Below are positions 1-9,543 of a stretch of 64,000 nucleotides of DNA, in pieces (positions within the stretch are counted from its first letter, which is position 1; every line of letters starts with the position of its first letter). The stretch is from an uncultured bacterium (GTDB lineage: Bacteria > Omnitrophota > Omnitrophia > Omnitrophales > Aquincolibacteriaceae): contig CAZSFZ010000004.1 in NCBI GenBank assembly GCA_964606385.1, forward strand, positions 47,344-111,343, read 5' to 3'. Made by a program: the position numbers and the translations under genes. The notes beneath the pieces are model-generated. The model was given only the letters and a program-made list of their open reading frames with translations, had not been told where the DNA came from and did no database searches.

Positions 1-256
1 GGTCGTCTCGATCGAGGAAAAGATGATCCAGATCCAGGCCTATCTCGAGGAGAAGAAAAAAGTCTCTTTTAACGATCTTTTCTCGGAGCGTTGGACGCGG
101 AACGAGCTGATCGCGACATTTCTCGCGATCCTGGAGCTGGTGAGGACGCGTTTTGCGTGGGTGCGCCAGGACAAGCAGTTCGGCGAGATCCTCATTGAAA
201 AACGGGAAGAGAATGAGTATAAAAGCGTTCCGCTTGCAGACGGCGGCGTTTCTTAA
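1..256 (+). CDS. scpA: Segregation and condensation protein A, C-terminal part (5' end outside window)
   Basis: Translation ends ...NELIATFLAILELVRTRF..., typical ScpA C-terminus. Directly upstream of scpB. Confidence 0.6.
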   Translation, partial: VVSIEEKMIQIQAYLEEKKKVSFNDLFSERWTRNELIATFLAILELVRTRFAWVRQDKQFGEILIEKREENEYKSVPLADGGVS

Positions 257-304
257 TCAAGTCCGGACGGATTTTATCCAAAGCTCAGAAGGGGTATCAG
301 GACC

Positions 305-1171
305 ATGAAATTGACCGCGGCACAGGAACGGGAAAAACAGGCGAAGCTTAAGACCCTGCGCAAGGAGCTCGACCAGGAGATCCAGGAACAGCTGGAGGAA
401 AAGAACGCCCTTGAAAGCCTCACGGGCGCTCAGAAATTCCAGATCGAGTCTTTGCGGGAGGAAGACCTGCAAGACCCGAAGAAAGCGAAGCTCGTGGTCG
501 AAGCGCTGATCTTCGCGTCCTCCAAACCGCTGACCCCGGCCGAGATCCGCAAGGTCACAAAAGTGCTGAGCGTGGCCCAGATCGAGAAGATCGTGGCCGA
601 GCTTAAAGAGGATTACCAGAAGTCGGAACGTTGTTTTGAGCTTCTCGAGATCGCGGGGGGATACGAGCTTTCGACAAAGAAGGAATTCGCGCCTTGGATC
701 CTGAAGATCGAGTTGCAGCGCAAGGCGCGTCAGGCGACGCAGTCGGCGCTTGAGACGCTGGCCATCCTGGCATACAAGCAGCCGCTCACGCGCGCCGAGA
801 TCGAGGCGCTTCGCGGGGTGGACACAAGCGGTGTCTTGAGCACGCTGATGGAAAAGAATTTCATCAAGATCGTCGGAAAAAAAGAAGTCCCGGGACGGCC
901 GTTCATGTACGGCACGACGGAGAAGTTCCTAGAACATTTCGGTTTGAAGGAATTGCAGGACCTTCCGAGCATTGACGAGATCAAAAAGATGGTGGAAAGT
1001 TCCGTGAAAAAAGAAGAACTGATGGGAACCAAGAAGATCGTGGACATGCCGCAGGACCCGACGGGCGGCACGCCGCAAGAAAGCGGGGAAGAGCCGGGAG
1101 CGACACCCGCTTCCGAAACGCCGCAAACGGATGAAGGAACCAGTGCCAGCGACAGCGAAGGGAAAATCTGA
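305..1171 (+). CDS. scpB: Segregation and condensation protein B with acidic C-terminal tail
   Basis: ScpB signature VEALIFASSKPLTPAEI and a winged-helix pair. Follows scpA. Confidence 0.85.
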   Translation: MKLTAAQEREKQAKLKTLRKELDQEIQEQLEEKNALESLTGAQKFQIESLREEDLQDPKKAKLVVEALIFASSKPLTPAEIRKVTKVLSVAQIEKIVAELKEDYQKSERCFELLEIAGGYELSTKKEFAPWILKIELQRKARQATQSALETLAILAYKQPLTRAEIEALRGVDTSGVLSTLMEKNFIKIVGKKEVPGRPFMYGTTEKFLEHFGLKELQDLPSIDEIKKMVESSVKKEELMGTKKIVDMPQDPTGGTPQESGEEPGATPASETPQTDEGTSASDSEGKI

Positions 1172-1172
1172 T

Positions 1173-2252
1173 ATGGACCTGAGCCAGATACGTAAGAAGA
1201 TCGACGAGTTGGACCAGAAGATCATCGGGCTTTTGAACGAACGCACGGAGTGCGCGCGGGAAGTCGGCAAGAAAAAGACGGAAGCCGGCAAGGAGATCTA
1301 CGCCCCCGAACGGGAAAGCGAGATCTACCGGAAGATCGACGCGCTCGCGGCGAAGGGAATCCTGCCGAAAGACGCTCTGAAATCCATCTACCGGGAGATC
1401 ATGTCGGCGGCGCTCGCCCTCGAGAAGCCGCTCGCGATCGCCTACCTCGGGCCCGAAGCGACCTTCACGCATCTCGCGTCGCTTTCCAAGTTCGGCTCCA
1501 GCGTGGAATACCGTTCCTGCTCGAGCATCGGCGAGGTGTTCCGGGAGGTGGAACAAGGGCGCGCGGATTACGGCGTGATCCCGATCGAGAATTCCATCGA
1601 CGGGGCCGTGAGCCACACGCTCGATATGTTCATTGACTCGGACCTCAAGATCTGTTCCGAGATCTATTTTGAGATCGCGCAGAACCTGATGTCGAATGTA
1701 AGGAGCCTCAAAGACATCCGGCGTGTGTATTCGAAAGCGGAGGCCTTCGGCCAGTGCCGCATGTGGATCGAGTCGCATCTCCATCACGCGGAGCTCATGG
1801 AAGCGTCCAGCACGGCCGCGGCCGCGAAGCGCGCGGCGGATGAGGACGGGGCCGCGGCGATCGGTTCGAAGCTCGCGGCGACGCTTTATAACGTGCCGGT
1901 CCTCGCGGAAGGCATTCAGGATTTCGCGAATAATGTGACGCGGTTCCTCGTGATCGGAAAGCAGATCCCGGCGAAAACGAAGAACGATAAAACTTCGATC
2001 CTTGTTTCGATCCGCGACAAGGTGGGAGCCCTCTATGAGATGCTTCTTCCCATCAAGAAATACCGCGTCAACATGACCAAGATCGAATCGCGTCCTTCGA
2101 AAAAGAAGGCGTGGGATTATTTCTTCTACATCGACCTCGAGGGCCATGTGCAGGACCCGAAGGTCCGCAAGATGCTCGCGGAGATGGAAAAGAAGGTCAA
2201 GTTCCTGAAGGTGTTGGGTTCCTATCCCGCGGCAGGAAAAACAAAAGACTAA
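1173..2252 (+). CDS. pheA: Bifunctional chorismate mutase / prephenate dehydratase
   Basis: N-terminal CM helix (LDQKIIGLLNER), PDT core (IAYLGPEATFTH) and C-terminal ACT domain. ATG at 1173 preferred over the ORF-track start 1131, which overlaps scpB. Confidence 0.85.
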   Translation: MDLSQIRKKIDELDQKIIGLLNERTECAREVGKKKTEAGKEIYAPERESEIYRKIDALAAKGILPKDALKSIYREIMSAALALEKPLAIAYLGPEATFTHLASLSKFGSSVEYRSCSSIGEVFREVEQGRADYGVIPIENSIDGAVSHTLDMFIDSDLKICSEIYFEIAQNLMSNVRSLKDIRRVYSKAEAFGQCRMWIESHLHHAELMEASSTAAAAKRAADEDGAAAIGSKLAATLYNVPVLAEGIQDFANNVTRFLVIGKQIPAKTKNDKTSILVSIRDKVGALYEMLLPIKKYRVNMTKIESRPSKKKAWDYFFYIDLEGHVQDPKVRKMLAEMEKKVKFLKVLGSYPAAGKTKD

Positions 2253-2275
2253 TTTCAAATCTCAGATTTAAAAAT

Positions 2276-3376
2276 ATGATTCCATTTAAAAAACACATCC
2301 AGGACATCAGCCCCTACGAACCGGGGAAGCCCATCAAGGAGCTCCAGCGGGAGTACGGGATTCGTCATGTCACCAAGCTCGCCTCGAACGAAAATCCGCT
2401 GGGCCCCTCGGGAAAGGCGGTTCGGGCGATGCGGAAGGCGATCCGGGAAGTTCACCTCTATCCGGAAGGGAGCTGCTACTACCTTCTGACGCGTCTGGCC
2501 AAAGAACTGGATATCGATCCGGCGCATCTTATTTTCGGGAACGGGTCGAATGAGATCATCGAGCTTTTGGCGCGCGGATTTCTTTCCGAAGGCGATGAGA
2601 TCATTTCTTCCGAGATGACCTTTCTGGTCTACCCGATCCTTTCGCAGGTCTGCGGCGCGACTTTTAAGGCGATTCAGATGAAAGATTACCGGTATGACCT
2701 TAGACGGATCCTTGAGGCGATCACGCCGAAGACAAAGCTCATTTTTATCGCCAATCCCAATAATCCGACCGGAACTTATGTGACGGCAAGCGAAGTCGAG
2801 GACTTCCTTTCCAAAGTGCCCGATCATGTGGTGGTATGCTTCGATGAGGCGTATGTGGATTTTGTGGACGCGGAAGATTTTCCGAAGATGTTTAAATACA
2901 TCAAGGATGGGAAAAAGAACGTGGTGGTTTTGCGGACTTTCTCCAAAGCCTACGGCCTGGCCGGGCTTCGTATCGGCTATGGCGTGGCTTCCAGGGAAAT
3001 GGTCGCGTATCTCCATAAAGTACGCCAGCCGTTCAACGTGAATTCGATCGCCCAGGCCGCGGCCGCGGCGGCGCTCGACGATACTTTTTTTCTGTGGCGT
3101 ACCAAGTGGCTCGTGGTGCGCGGCCGGAAATTCTTTTACCGCAAGTTCAAACAAATGGGGCTGCAATATCTTCCGAGCCAGGCGAATTTTATACTGGTGC
3201 ATATGCCGGCGGACGGACAGGAGGTGTTCCAGTATCTCCTGCGTCAAGGCATGATCGTCCGGGCGATGGGGTCTTACAAACTCGGGGAGTGGATCCGCGT
3301 CACGATCGGCCGCCGGAGCCAGAATGTGCAACTGATCAAATTGTTGAAGGCGTATCTAAGCAAAAAAGCTGCTTAG
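2276..3376 (+). CDS. hisC: Histidinol-phosphate / aromatic aminotransferase (class II PLP)
   Basis: Motifs KLASNENPLGP, NPNNPTG and the PLP-lysine region TFSKAYGLAGLRIGY. Start at ATG 2276 (MIPFKKHIQD). Confidence 0.8.
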   Translation: MIPFKKHIQDISPYEPGKPIKELQREYGIRHVTKLASNENPLGPSGKAVRAMRKAIREVHLYPEGSCYYLLTRLAKELDIDPAHLIFGNGSNEIIELLARGFLSEGDEIISSEMTFLVYPILSQVCGATFKAIQMKDYRYDLRRILEAITPKTKLIFIANPNNPTGTYVTASEVEDFLSKVPDHVVVCFDEAYVDFVDAEDFPKMFKYIKDGKKNVVVLRTFSKAYGLAGLRIGYGVASREMVAYLHKVRQPFNVNSIAQAAAAAALDDTFFLWRTKWLVVRGRKFFYRKFKQMGLQYLPSQANFILVHMPADGQEVFQYLLRQGMIVRAMGSYKLGEWIRVTIGRRSQNVQLIKLLKAYLSKKAA

Positions 3377-3390
3377 ATAGGGCTATGGGA

Positions 3391-3478
3391 CACGGTCCAC
3401 GGGCCAAGAAAATCTTGGACGAGGGACAGAAATAACGCATAACAAACCGTGGGGCGTGGCCCGCAGAGCGTGGCCCGA
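3391..3478. repeat. Family-2 palindromic element (CACGGGCC ... GTGGCCCG units) upstream of DAHP synthase
   Basis: cacggtccacgggccaag-spacer-ccgtggggcgtggcccgcagagcgtggcccg. A GGCTAT-like unit (atagggctatggg) lies immediately 5'. Confidence 0.65.
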
Positions 3479-3495
3479 ATAGAGGAGCTTAAAAT

Positions 3496-4512
3496 ATGAT
3501 CATCGTTCTTAAAAAGACCGCGACACCGCAGGAGCTGGAACACATCTGTCAAAAAGTGCGGGAGCTCGGGCTGACCCCGAACGTGTCCCGCGGCGTGGAA
3601 CGCACCGTGATCGGTGTGATCGGGGATGAGGAGAAACTCCAGGTCCAGCCGCTTGAGGTTTTCCCCGGCGTCGAATCGGTGATGTCGATCCTCAAGCCCT
3701 ACAAGCTCGCGAGCCGTGATTATAAGGCCGAAAACTCCGAGTTCGACATGGGGAACGGCGTCAAGGTTGGGGGCAAGAAGATCGTCGTGATGGCTGGGCC
3801 CTGTTCGGTGGAAAATTACGACATGCTGCTGGATCTTGCCAAGACGGTTAAAAAATCTGGAGCCACGTTTTTGCGAGGCGGTGCGTTCAAACCCCGCACT
3901 TCACCGTACTCTTTTCAGGGCCTTGGTGAAGAAGGTTTGAAGTATCTGCGTCAGGCGGCGGATGAAGTGGGGCTTCTGGTCGTGACGGAAGTCATGGACA
4001 CGCGTCAGGTGGAGCTTGTGTCGCAGTACGCGGATATGCTCCAGATCGGTGCGCGCAACATGCAGAATTTCGACCTGCTTAAGGAATGCGGGATGACCAA
4101 GAAGGCGGTTCTCCTGAAGCGGGGATTGGCGGCCACCGTCAAAGATCTTTTGATGTCCGCCGAATACCTGCTCTCCAAAGGGAATTTTAAGGTGATGCTC
4201 GGCGAACGGGGTATCCGGACCTTCGAGACCTCGACGCGGAACACACTGGACCTTAACGCGGTTCCCGTACTGAAGAAAGAAACCCACTTGCCGGTTCTTG
4301 TGGACCCTTCTCACGGGACCGGGTATCGTGATTTTGTGGCGCCGATGGGCATGGCCGGTGTGGCGGCCGGATGCGACGGGCTGATGGTGGAAGTGCATCA
4401 GAACCCCGAGGAAGCCAAAAGCGACGGCGAACAGTCGGTATTGCCGGAACAATTCGACGAAATGATGAAAAAAGTCCGCCTGATTGCGCATGCCGTCGGT
4501 CGCGATATTTGA
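3496..4512 (+). CDS. aroF: 3-deoxy-7-phosphoheptulonate (DAHP) synthase, type I-beta with N-terminal regulatory domain
   Basis: KDO8P/DAHP synthase I-beta core (GPCSVENYDML...LRGGAFKPRTSPYSFQGLG). RBS GAGGAG upstream. Confidence 0.8.
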   Translation: MIIVLKKTATPQELEHICQKVRELGLTPNVSRGVERTVIGVIGDEEKLQVQPLEVFPGVESVMSILKPYKLASRDYKAENSEFDMGNGVKVGGKKIVVMAGPCSVENYDMLLDLAKTVKKSGATFLRGGAFKPRTSPYSFQGLGEEGLKYLRQAADEVGLLVVTEVMDTRQVELVSQYADMLQIGARNMQNFDLLKECGMTKKAVLLKRGLAATVKDLLMSAEYLLSKGNFKVMLGERGIRTFETSTRNTLDLNAVPVLKKETHLPVLVDPSHGTGYRDFVAPMGMAGVAAGCDGLMVEVHQNPEEAKSDGEQSVLPEQFDEMMKKVRLIAHAVGRDI

Positions 4513-4522
4513 TCGCGACCGC

Positions 4523-4578
4523 GGGAAACGGCGAACGTGGAACGATAAATGCTTGCGTTACCCGTTCCATGTTTCCCG
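4523..4578. repeat. Family-1 palindromic element: tandem GGAACG/GAAACG units, spacer, inverted CGTTCC/CGTTTC units
   Basis: gggaaacggcgaacgtggaacg-ataaatgcttg-cgttacccgttccatgtttccc, between the DAHP synthase and tyrA. Confidence 0.7.
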
Positions 4579-4619
4579 AAATAGCCTGATAGGCATTATC
4601 ACGGTAAAGAGGTGAATTT

Positions 4620-5471
4620 GTGTTTAGAAAAATAGCAATTATTGGACTGGGTTTGATGGGTGGCTCTTTGGCGGCGGCCTGCCGCAAGAGATTTCCTGGA
4701 GCCCGGATCATCGGGATCAGCCGGAGCCGCGATGCTCTCGCGCTCGCCAAGAAAAAGAAATGGGTCCATGAGGCCACCCGGGACGTGCTGGCCGGTGTTC
4801 AAGGCGCGGAACTCATCGTCCTCTGTACCCCAGTGAACACGTACTTTCCTTATCTGAAGGCCATTGACCAGGTTTGCGCGAAAAACGCTCTCGTGATGGA
4901 CGTCGGAAGTGTCAAAGGCGCTGTTCTGAAAGAAGTAAAATCGCGTGCCTGGAAGAATTTCTCATTTGTCGGGTGTCATCCGATGGTCGGTTCTCACAAG
5001 CGGGGGATCCAGGCTGTGAATCCGGATCTTTATAGGGGAGGTCTCGTGCTGATGACCCCCGACCGTAAAACCTGCTCCTGCGGCCTAAAAAAAGCCGCAA
5101 AGTTCTGGAAAACTTTTACGCCTCGGATCGTGACATTAACTCCCCAGTCCCACGATAAGCTCGTGGGAGAAGCGAGCCATTTACCGCACGCCGTCGCGGC
5201 TTGCCTTATACACACCGTATCGGATCCCGCTTTTAAGGTGGGTTCCACCGGGCTGCGGGATACGACTCGCATCGCGGCCGCGGCATCCTCCGTTTGGGAG
5301 CCTATCTTTACCTCGAACCGGAAGGTCGTGTTGGCCGCTATGAGCCGTTTTGAACAAAAGCTCCGGGCATTCAAGAAACTCCTCCAGGACCGTGATCCCA
5401 AGAAACTGGTCCGGTTCCTCGATCAGGCGCAGCAGAAGCGGAATTCACTGCGGGGAACGGGAAACGGCTAA
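4620..5471 (+). CDS. tyrA: Prephenate dehydrogenase
   Basis: Rossmann motif IAIIGLGLMGGSLAAA and a TyrA-like core. GTG start. The last codons (LRGTGNG*) are supplied by a family-1 repeat element. Confidence 0.8.
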   Translation: MFRKIAIIGLGLMGGSLAAACRKRFPGARIIGISRSRDALALAKKKKWVHEATRDVLAGVQGAELIVLCTPVNTYFPYLKAIDQVCAKNALVMDVGSVKGAVLKEVKSRAWKNFSFVGCHPMVGSHKRGIQAVNPDLYRGGLVLMTPDRKTCSCGLKKAAKFWKTFTPRIVTLTPQSHDKLVGEASHLPHAVAACLIHTVSDPAFKVGSTGLRDTTRIAAAASSVWEPIFTSNRKVVLAAMSRFEQKLRAFKKLLQDRDPKKLVRFLDQAQQKRNSLRGTGNG

Positions 5472-5514
5472 CGGATAACGTAAAAGCCTTTTTCGTTTAT
5501 CGTTCCCCGTTCAT
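5452..5514. repeat. Family-1 palindromic element overlapping tyrA 3' end
   Basis: ggggaacgggaaacggctaacggataacg...cgtttatcgttccccgttcatcgttc. The left arm encodes the tyrA C-terminus RGTGNG*. Confidence 0.7.
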
Positions 5515-5539
5515 CGTTCTGCGCTTAGGAAAAATCCCC

Positions 5540-5568
5540 TTCCCAAAACCGAAAGATATGCTATACTC
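5540..5568 (+). promoter_or_regulatory. Candidate sigma70-type promoter with extended -10 for rpsA (about 120-nt leader)
   Basis: TTCCCA-17 nt-TATACT, preceded by TG (TGcTATACT). Confidence 0.35.
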
Positions 5569-5687
5569 CTCAAGTTCGCATCGATTTCAGTCCTGGCTAC
5601 CGCCAGACTGAGAGGGAAAAACGGTGCGGACCCCCATTTTCATGCAATCCCAATGAGAAGGGGACTCTCAAGGAGGTTTTCCCTATT

Positions 5688-7250
5688 ATGCAATCCAATT
5701 TCGCAGAGCTGTACGAGAAGTCTTTTCAGGACATCAAGATCGGTGAGGTGGTTAAAGGCACCGTGATCGCGGTTCATGAACGCGATGTGGTGGTCGATAT
5801 CGCCTACAAAGCCGAAGGCATTCTGCCCAAGGACGAGTTTTCCCAGCCGGAACTTTTGACCGTCGGGTCCGAGGTCGAGGTGCTTTTCGAAGGGTTTAAT
5901 GATGTGGAAGGTACGGCTATTCTTTCTAAGCGCAAGGCCGACCGGCAGAAGACCTGGAACGACATTCTCTCCAACGCCACCGAAGGCGCTATTGTGGACG
6001 GACGCATCTCCCGCAAAGTTCGCGGCGGGTTCATGGTCGATATCGGCATGGAAGCGTTCCTGCCGGCGTCGCTCGTGGATATCAAGCCGGTCCGCAATCA
6101 GGACATGTTCATCGGCCTGCAGAGCAAGTTCCTCGTCGTCAAGATCAATCATAAGCGCAAGAACGTTGTGGTTTCCCGCAAGGACCTCCTCGAAAAGAGC
6201 CGCAACGAAGCCCGCACGGAAAAACTGGGCACCCTCAAGGTGGGCCAGCTCGTGAAGGGCAAAGTGAAGAACATCACCGATTTCGGCGTGTTCATCGATA
6301 TCGGGAACCTCGATGGTCTTCTCCATATCACGGACATGAGCTGGGGACGCATTTCGCATCCCTCCGATCTCGTGAAGATCGGCGACGACATTGAAGTTGT
6401 TGTGATCGCGATCGATCAGGTCAAGCAGAAGATCTCCCTCGGCCTCAAGCAGAAGGGGACGGATCCCTGGACTTCGGTCGGCGACCGTTACTCGATCGGC
6501 AATCAGGTCCGCGGCAAGGTGGTGAACATCCTGCCGTACGGCGCTTTCGTGGAACTCGAGCCCGGCATCGAAGGGCTGGTCCACATTAGCGAACTTTCCT
6601 GGACGAAGCGCGTCAACCATCCGAGCGAGATCCTCTCGATTGGCATGGAACTCGACGTAGTGATCCTGAGCCTGGATACCGCCGCGAAGAAGATCTCGCT
6701 TGGCGCGAAGCAGGCGCAGGAAAATCCCTGGACCCAGGCCGCCAATAAATATCAGGTCGGCAGCCGTGTGAAAGGGACGATTCGGAACCTCACCGATTAC
6801 GGCGCGTTCATCGAGCTCGAGCCCGGTATTGAAGGGCTGCTCCACGTGTCCGATATCTCATGGACCCACAAGGTCGCCAAGCCGTCGGATGTCCTCAAAA
6901 AAGGGGATGCCGCGGAAGTGATGATCCTGGCGGTCGATACCGACGCGAAGAAGATCTCGCTCGGCATGAAACAGCTGAGCGATGACCCGTGGACGGACCT
7001 CACGAAGAATTTCCTGACCGGCCTGGAACTTCAGGGTAAGGTCACGAGGATCGTGAATTTCGGAGTGTTCGTGGAACTGGATAACGGCCTCGAAGGGCTG
7101 ATCCATGTTTCCGAGATCCCGGATTGCACGGCCCAGGAGCTTTCGAAGCGTTTCAACGTAGGCGACACGCTTCGTTGCAGCATCCTGAACGTCGACCATG
7201 AAGGGCGCAAGATCGCGCTGACCTGCAAGAACGAGCCGATCACGGCCTAA
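5688..7250 (+). CDS. rpsA: 30S ribosomal protein S1 (multiple S1 domains)
   Basis: Repeated S1 RNA-binding domains (VKGTV..., GxV.NI.DFGAFV...). RBS AAGGAGG 8 nt upstream. Confidence 0.9.
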   Translation: MQSNFAELYEKSFQDIKIGEVVKGTVIAVHERDVVVDIAYKAEGILPKDEFSQPELLTVGSEVEVLFEGFNDVEGTAILSKRKADRQKTWNDILSNATEGAIVDGRISRKVRGGFMVDIGMEAFLPASLVDIKPVRNQDMFIGLQSKFLVVKINHKRKNVVVSRKDLLEKSRNEARTEKLGTLKVGQLVKGKVKNITDFGVFIDIGNLDGLLHITDMSWGRISHPSDLVKIGDDIEVVVIAIDQVKQKISLGLKQKGTDPWTSVGDRYSIGNQVRGKVVNILPYGAFVELEPGIEGLVHISELSWTKRVNHPSEILSIGMELDVVILSLDTAAKKISLGAKQAQENPWTQAANKYQVGSRVKGTIRNLTDYGAFIELEPGIEGLLHVSDISWTHKVAKPSDVLKKGDAAEVMILAVDTDAKKISLGMKQLSDDPWTDLTKNFLTGLELQGKVTRIVNFGVFVELDNGLEGLIHVSEIPDCTAQELSKRFNVGDTLRCSILNVDHEGRKIALTCKNEPITA

Positions 7251-7266
7251 AACCTGACTTCGACCG

Positions 7267-8517
7267 ATGACGAGCCCCAGGAACCGTAGAGTCGTCATCA
7301 CGGGCCTGGGGGTCGTCTCGTCGGTCGGTTTTGGCAAAGAAGCCTTTTGGGATTCCATCTCTCAAGGCAAGAGCGGTGTTTCCAACATCAGCTCCTTCGA
7401 CACCACCCCGTTCACCACCCATTTTGCCGGCGAGATCAAGAATTTCGATGCGTCGGCTTTTATCCTTCCCAAAAAACTCAAACGCATGGACCGCACGACC
7501 CAGTTCGCGGTCGTCGCTTCCAAAATGGCCGTGGCAGACGCGAAACTTGATCTCGAGGAACCTACGGTCCGCGAACGGACCGGAGTGATCATCGGGACGG
7601 CTCTTGCCGGGGTGGGCTATATTCTTGAGCAAGCGGTGATCCTGCAGCAAAAGGGGCCGATGCGGTTGAATCCTTTTACGGCGCTGGCATCTTTTCCGGA
7701 CGCTTGCGCGGGAAATGTTTCGATCGAATTGGGACTGAAGGGTCCGAGTTTTTCTCTCGCGACGGCCTGTTCCTCGGCGTCCGACGCGTGCGGGTATGCC
7801 TTTGATGCGATCCGGAGCGGCGATTTGGATTTTCTTATCATGGGCGGCGCGGAAGCGACGATCTTTCCAGGCATTGTCGCTTCCTTTTGCGTGGCTCGCG
7901 CGCTCTCCACAAGGAATGACGCTCCTGAAAAGGCGTCACGGCCTTTCAGCATGGATCGCGATGGATTTGTGCTCGGGGAAGGTGCCGGGATGTTCGTTGT
8001 CGAAGAATACGAGCATGCAAAAAAACGGGGAGCGCATATTTACGCGGAGATCCTCGGTCACGGTATGACCTGCGACGCTTATCACATGACGGCGCCGGAC
8101 CCGGAAGGGACCCAGGCCGCCCGCGCGATGCAACTTGCCATGGAAACGGCGGGCATTACGCCGGACGAGGTCGATTACATCAATGCCCACGGGACTTCGA
8201 CGCCTCTTAATGATAAGACCGAAACTCTGGTCATCAAAAAGATCTTTGGTCCGCGGGCCTATGAGATCCCGATCAGTTCCATCAAATCCATGATCGGGCA
8301 TTTGATCGGCGCGGCCGGAAGCGTCGAGCTGATCGCGACGCTCCTTGCCATGGAACATCAACTGATCCCTCCGACCATCAATTACAACTCCAAAGACCCC
8401 GAATGCGATCTGGATTATGTGCCGAATGTGGCGCGTCCCGCAAAGATCCGGATTGCGATGAAGAATTCCTTCGGCTTCGGCGGCAAGAATTCCATCCTTG
8501 TTTTAAAAAAGGTCTAA
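7267..8517 (+). CDS. fabF: 3-oxoacyl-ACP synthase II
   Basis: KAS II motifs (RRVVITGLGVVS, active-site ATACSSA, HGTSTPLND, GHLIGAAG). Confidence 0.9.
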   Translation: MTSPRNRRVVITGLGVVSSVGFGKEAFWDSISQGKSGVSNISSFDTTPFTTHFAGEIKNFDASAFILPKKLKRMDRTTQFAVVASKMAVADAKLDLEEPTVRERTGVIIGTALAGVGYILEQAVILQQKGPMRLNPFTALASFPDACAGNVSIELGLKGPSFSLATACSSASDACGYAFDAIRSGDLDFLIMGGAEATIFPGIVASFCVARALSTRNDAPEKASRPFSMDRDGFVLGEGAGMFVVEEYEHAKKRGAHIYAEILGHGMTCDAYHMTAPDPEGTQAARAMQLAMETAGITPDEVDYINAHGTSTPLNDKTETLVIKKIFGPRAYEIPISSIKSMIGHLIGAAGSVELIATLLAMEHQLIPPTINYNSKDPECDLDYVPNVARPAKIRIAMKNSFGFGGKNSILVLKKV

Positions 8518-8530
8518 ACCTTTTTTAAAA
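8501..8530. terminator. A/T-rich 13-bp inverted repeat spanning the fabF stop codon (candidate bidirectional terminator for convergent fabF/lpxA)
   Basis: ttttaaaaaaggt-ctaa-accttttttaaaa. The loop contains the fabF TAA. T-runs on both sides. Confidence 0.35.
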
Positions 8531-8545
8531 CAAGGACCGTTTCTC

Positions 8546-8596
8546 GGAGAACGTCAAGCGGTTAACGTTTGCGTTCAACGTTACCCGTTTCCCGCG
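8546..8596. repeat. Family-1-like element (degenerate) between convergent fabF and lpxA
   Basis: cggagaacgtcaagcgg-ttaacgtttgcgttcaacgttacccgtttcccgcg. Confidence 0.5.
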
Positions 8597-8600
8597 TAGT

Positions 8601-9461
8601 TCAGGCGAGTTCTTCTTCAACTTCCGAATCAGTTTCCGCGGTGGTGCGGTTCTTGCGGTGGGAGAGGGTTTCTACGGCGGAGCCATCGAGGATGCCGCGC
8701 TTGGAGGCTTCGATGAACTCCACCATATGCGCGACTTCCTTTGAGTGGAGATTCTTTCGGATCTCTTCGAGCGCCTGACTCACATTGAGACCGGAACGGT
8801 AAAGAAGCCGGTAAGCGTTTTTGATATCCATACGGGTCTCAGGACCGATGCCGGCGCGTCGCATGCCCACCACATTGATCCCTTGAGCCACACCCGGTCG
8901 TCCGCCACAGACCACATAAGGCGGGATGTCCTTGTTGATCGCGGTGAGCGCGCTGACCATTGCCAAAGTGCCGATGCGCGTAAATTGATGGAACCCGGTC
9001 ATACCGGAAAGGAATGCCCGGTCTTCGACGGTGCAATGACCGGTGAGGGAAGCCTGGTTCACCATGATGATATTGTTGCCCAACAGGCAGTTGTGCGCGA
9101 TATGGCAATAAGCCATGATGAAATTGGAGTCCCCGATCACGGTCGCGGTGCCTTCTTTGGTGCCGCGGTGGATCGTCACGAATTCCCGGATGACGTTCTT
9201 TGAGCCGATCTTCGTGAAGGTCGGTTGCCCCTGATAGGCGAGGTCCTGGGGCTCATGACCGATCACGGCGTTCATATGGATCGTGTTATGGTCGCCGATC
9301 TCGGTGCCTTGGCAGAGAAAAGCGCCGGCAAGGATCTTGTTATGGGCCCCGATCTTGACGCCGTCCTCGATCACCACATTCGGACCGATCGTATTGCCGG
9401 CCCCGAGGACAGCGCTCTTTCCGATGATAGCAGATGGATGGATGCTGGATGTAGGTGACAT
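8601..9461 (-). CDS. lpxA: Acyl-ACP--UDP-N-acetylglucosamine O-acyltransferase
   Basis: Left-handed beta-helix hexapeptide repeats and an LpxA-type C-terminal helical domain. N-terminus MSPTSSIHPSAIIGKSAVLG. Confidence 0.85.
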   Translation of the reverse strand: MSPTSSIHPSAIIGKSAVLGAGNTIGPNVVIEDGVKIGAHNKILAGAFLCQGTEIGDHNTIHMNAVIGHEPQDLAYQGQPTFTKIGSKNVIREFVTIHRGTKEGTATVIGDSNFIMAYCHIAHNCLLGNNIIMVNQASLTGHCTVEDRAFLSGMTGFHQFTRIGTLAMVSALTAINKDIPPYVVCGGRPGVAQGINVVGMRRAGIGPETRMDIKNAYRLLYRSGLNVSQALEEIRKNLHSKEVAHMVEFIEASKRGILDGSAVETLSHRKNRTTAETDSEVEEELA

Positions 9462-9491
9462 AGGCCGGAATTATATCACAAGGCCATAACC

Positions 9492-9508
9492 CGGGGAACG
9501 GGAAACGC
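9492..9508. repeat. Family-1 half element (GGAACG arm only) in lpxA/giant-gene divergent region
   Basis: cggggaacgggaaacg, followed 10 nt later by a perfect GC-rich hairpin. Confidence 0.5.
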
Positions 9509-9518
9509 ATTTTTCAAC

Positions 9519-9543
9519 CCACCCCACCTCGTAGGTGGGGTGG
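9519..9543. promoter_or_regulatory. Perfect 11-bp GC-rich hairpin in lpxA/giant-gene divergent promoter region
   Basis: ccaccccacct-cgt-aggtggggtgg. Neither flanking gene ends here, so it is not a simple terminator. Confidence 0.4.

Noticed and set aside
981-2258. 425-aa minus-strand ORF
   Set aside because: Completely overlaps pheA (clear CM/PDT/ACT motifs) in antisense. Arg/His-rich nonsense translation.
5640-6845. 401-aa minus-strand ORF
   Set aside because: Antisense to rpsA, whose repeated S1 domains are unambiguous.
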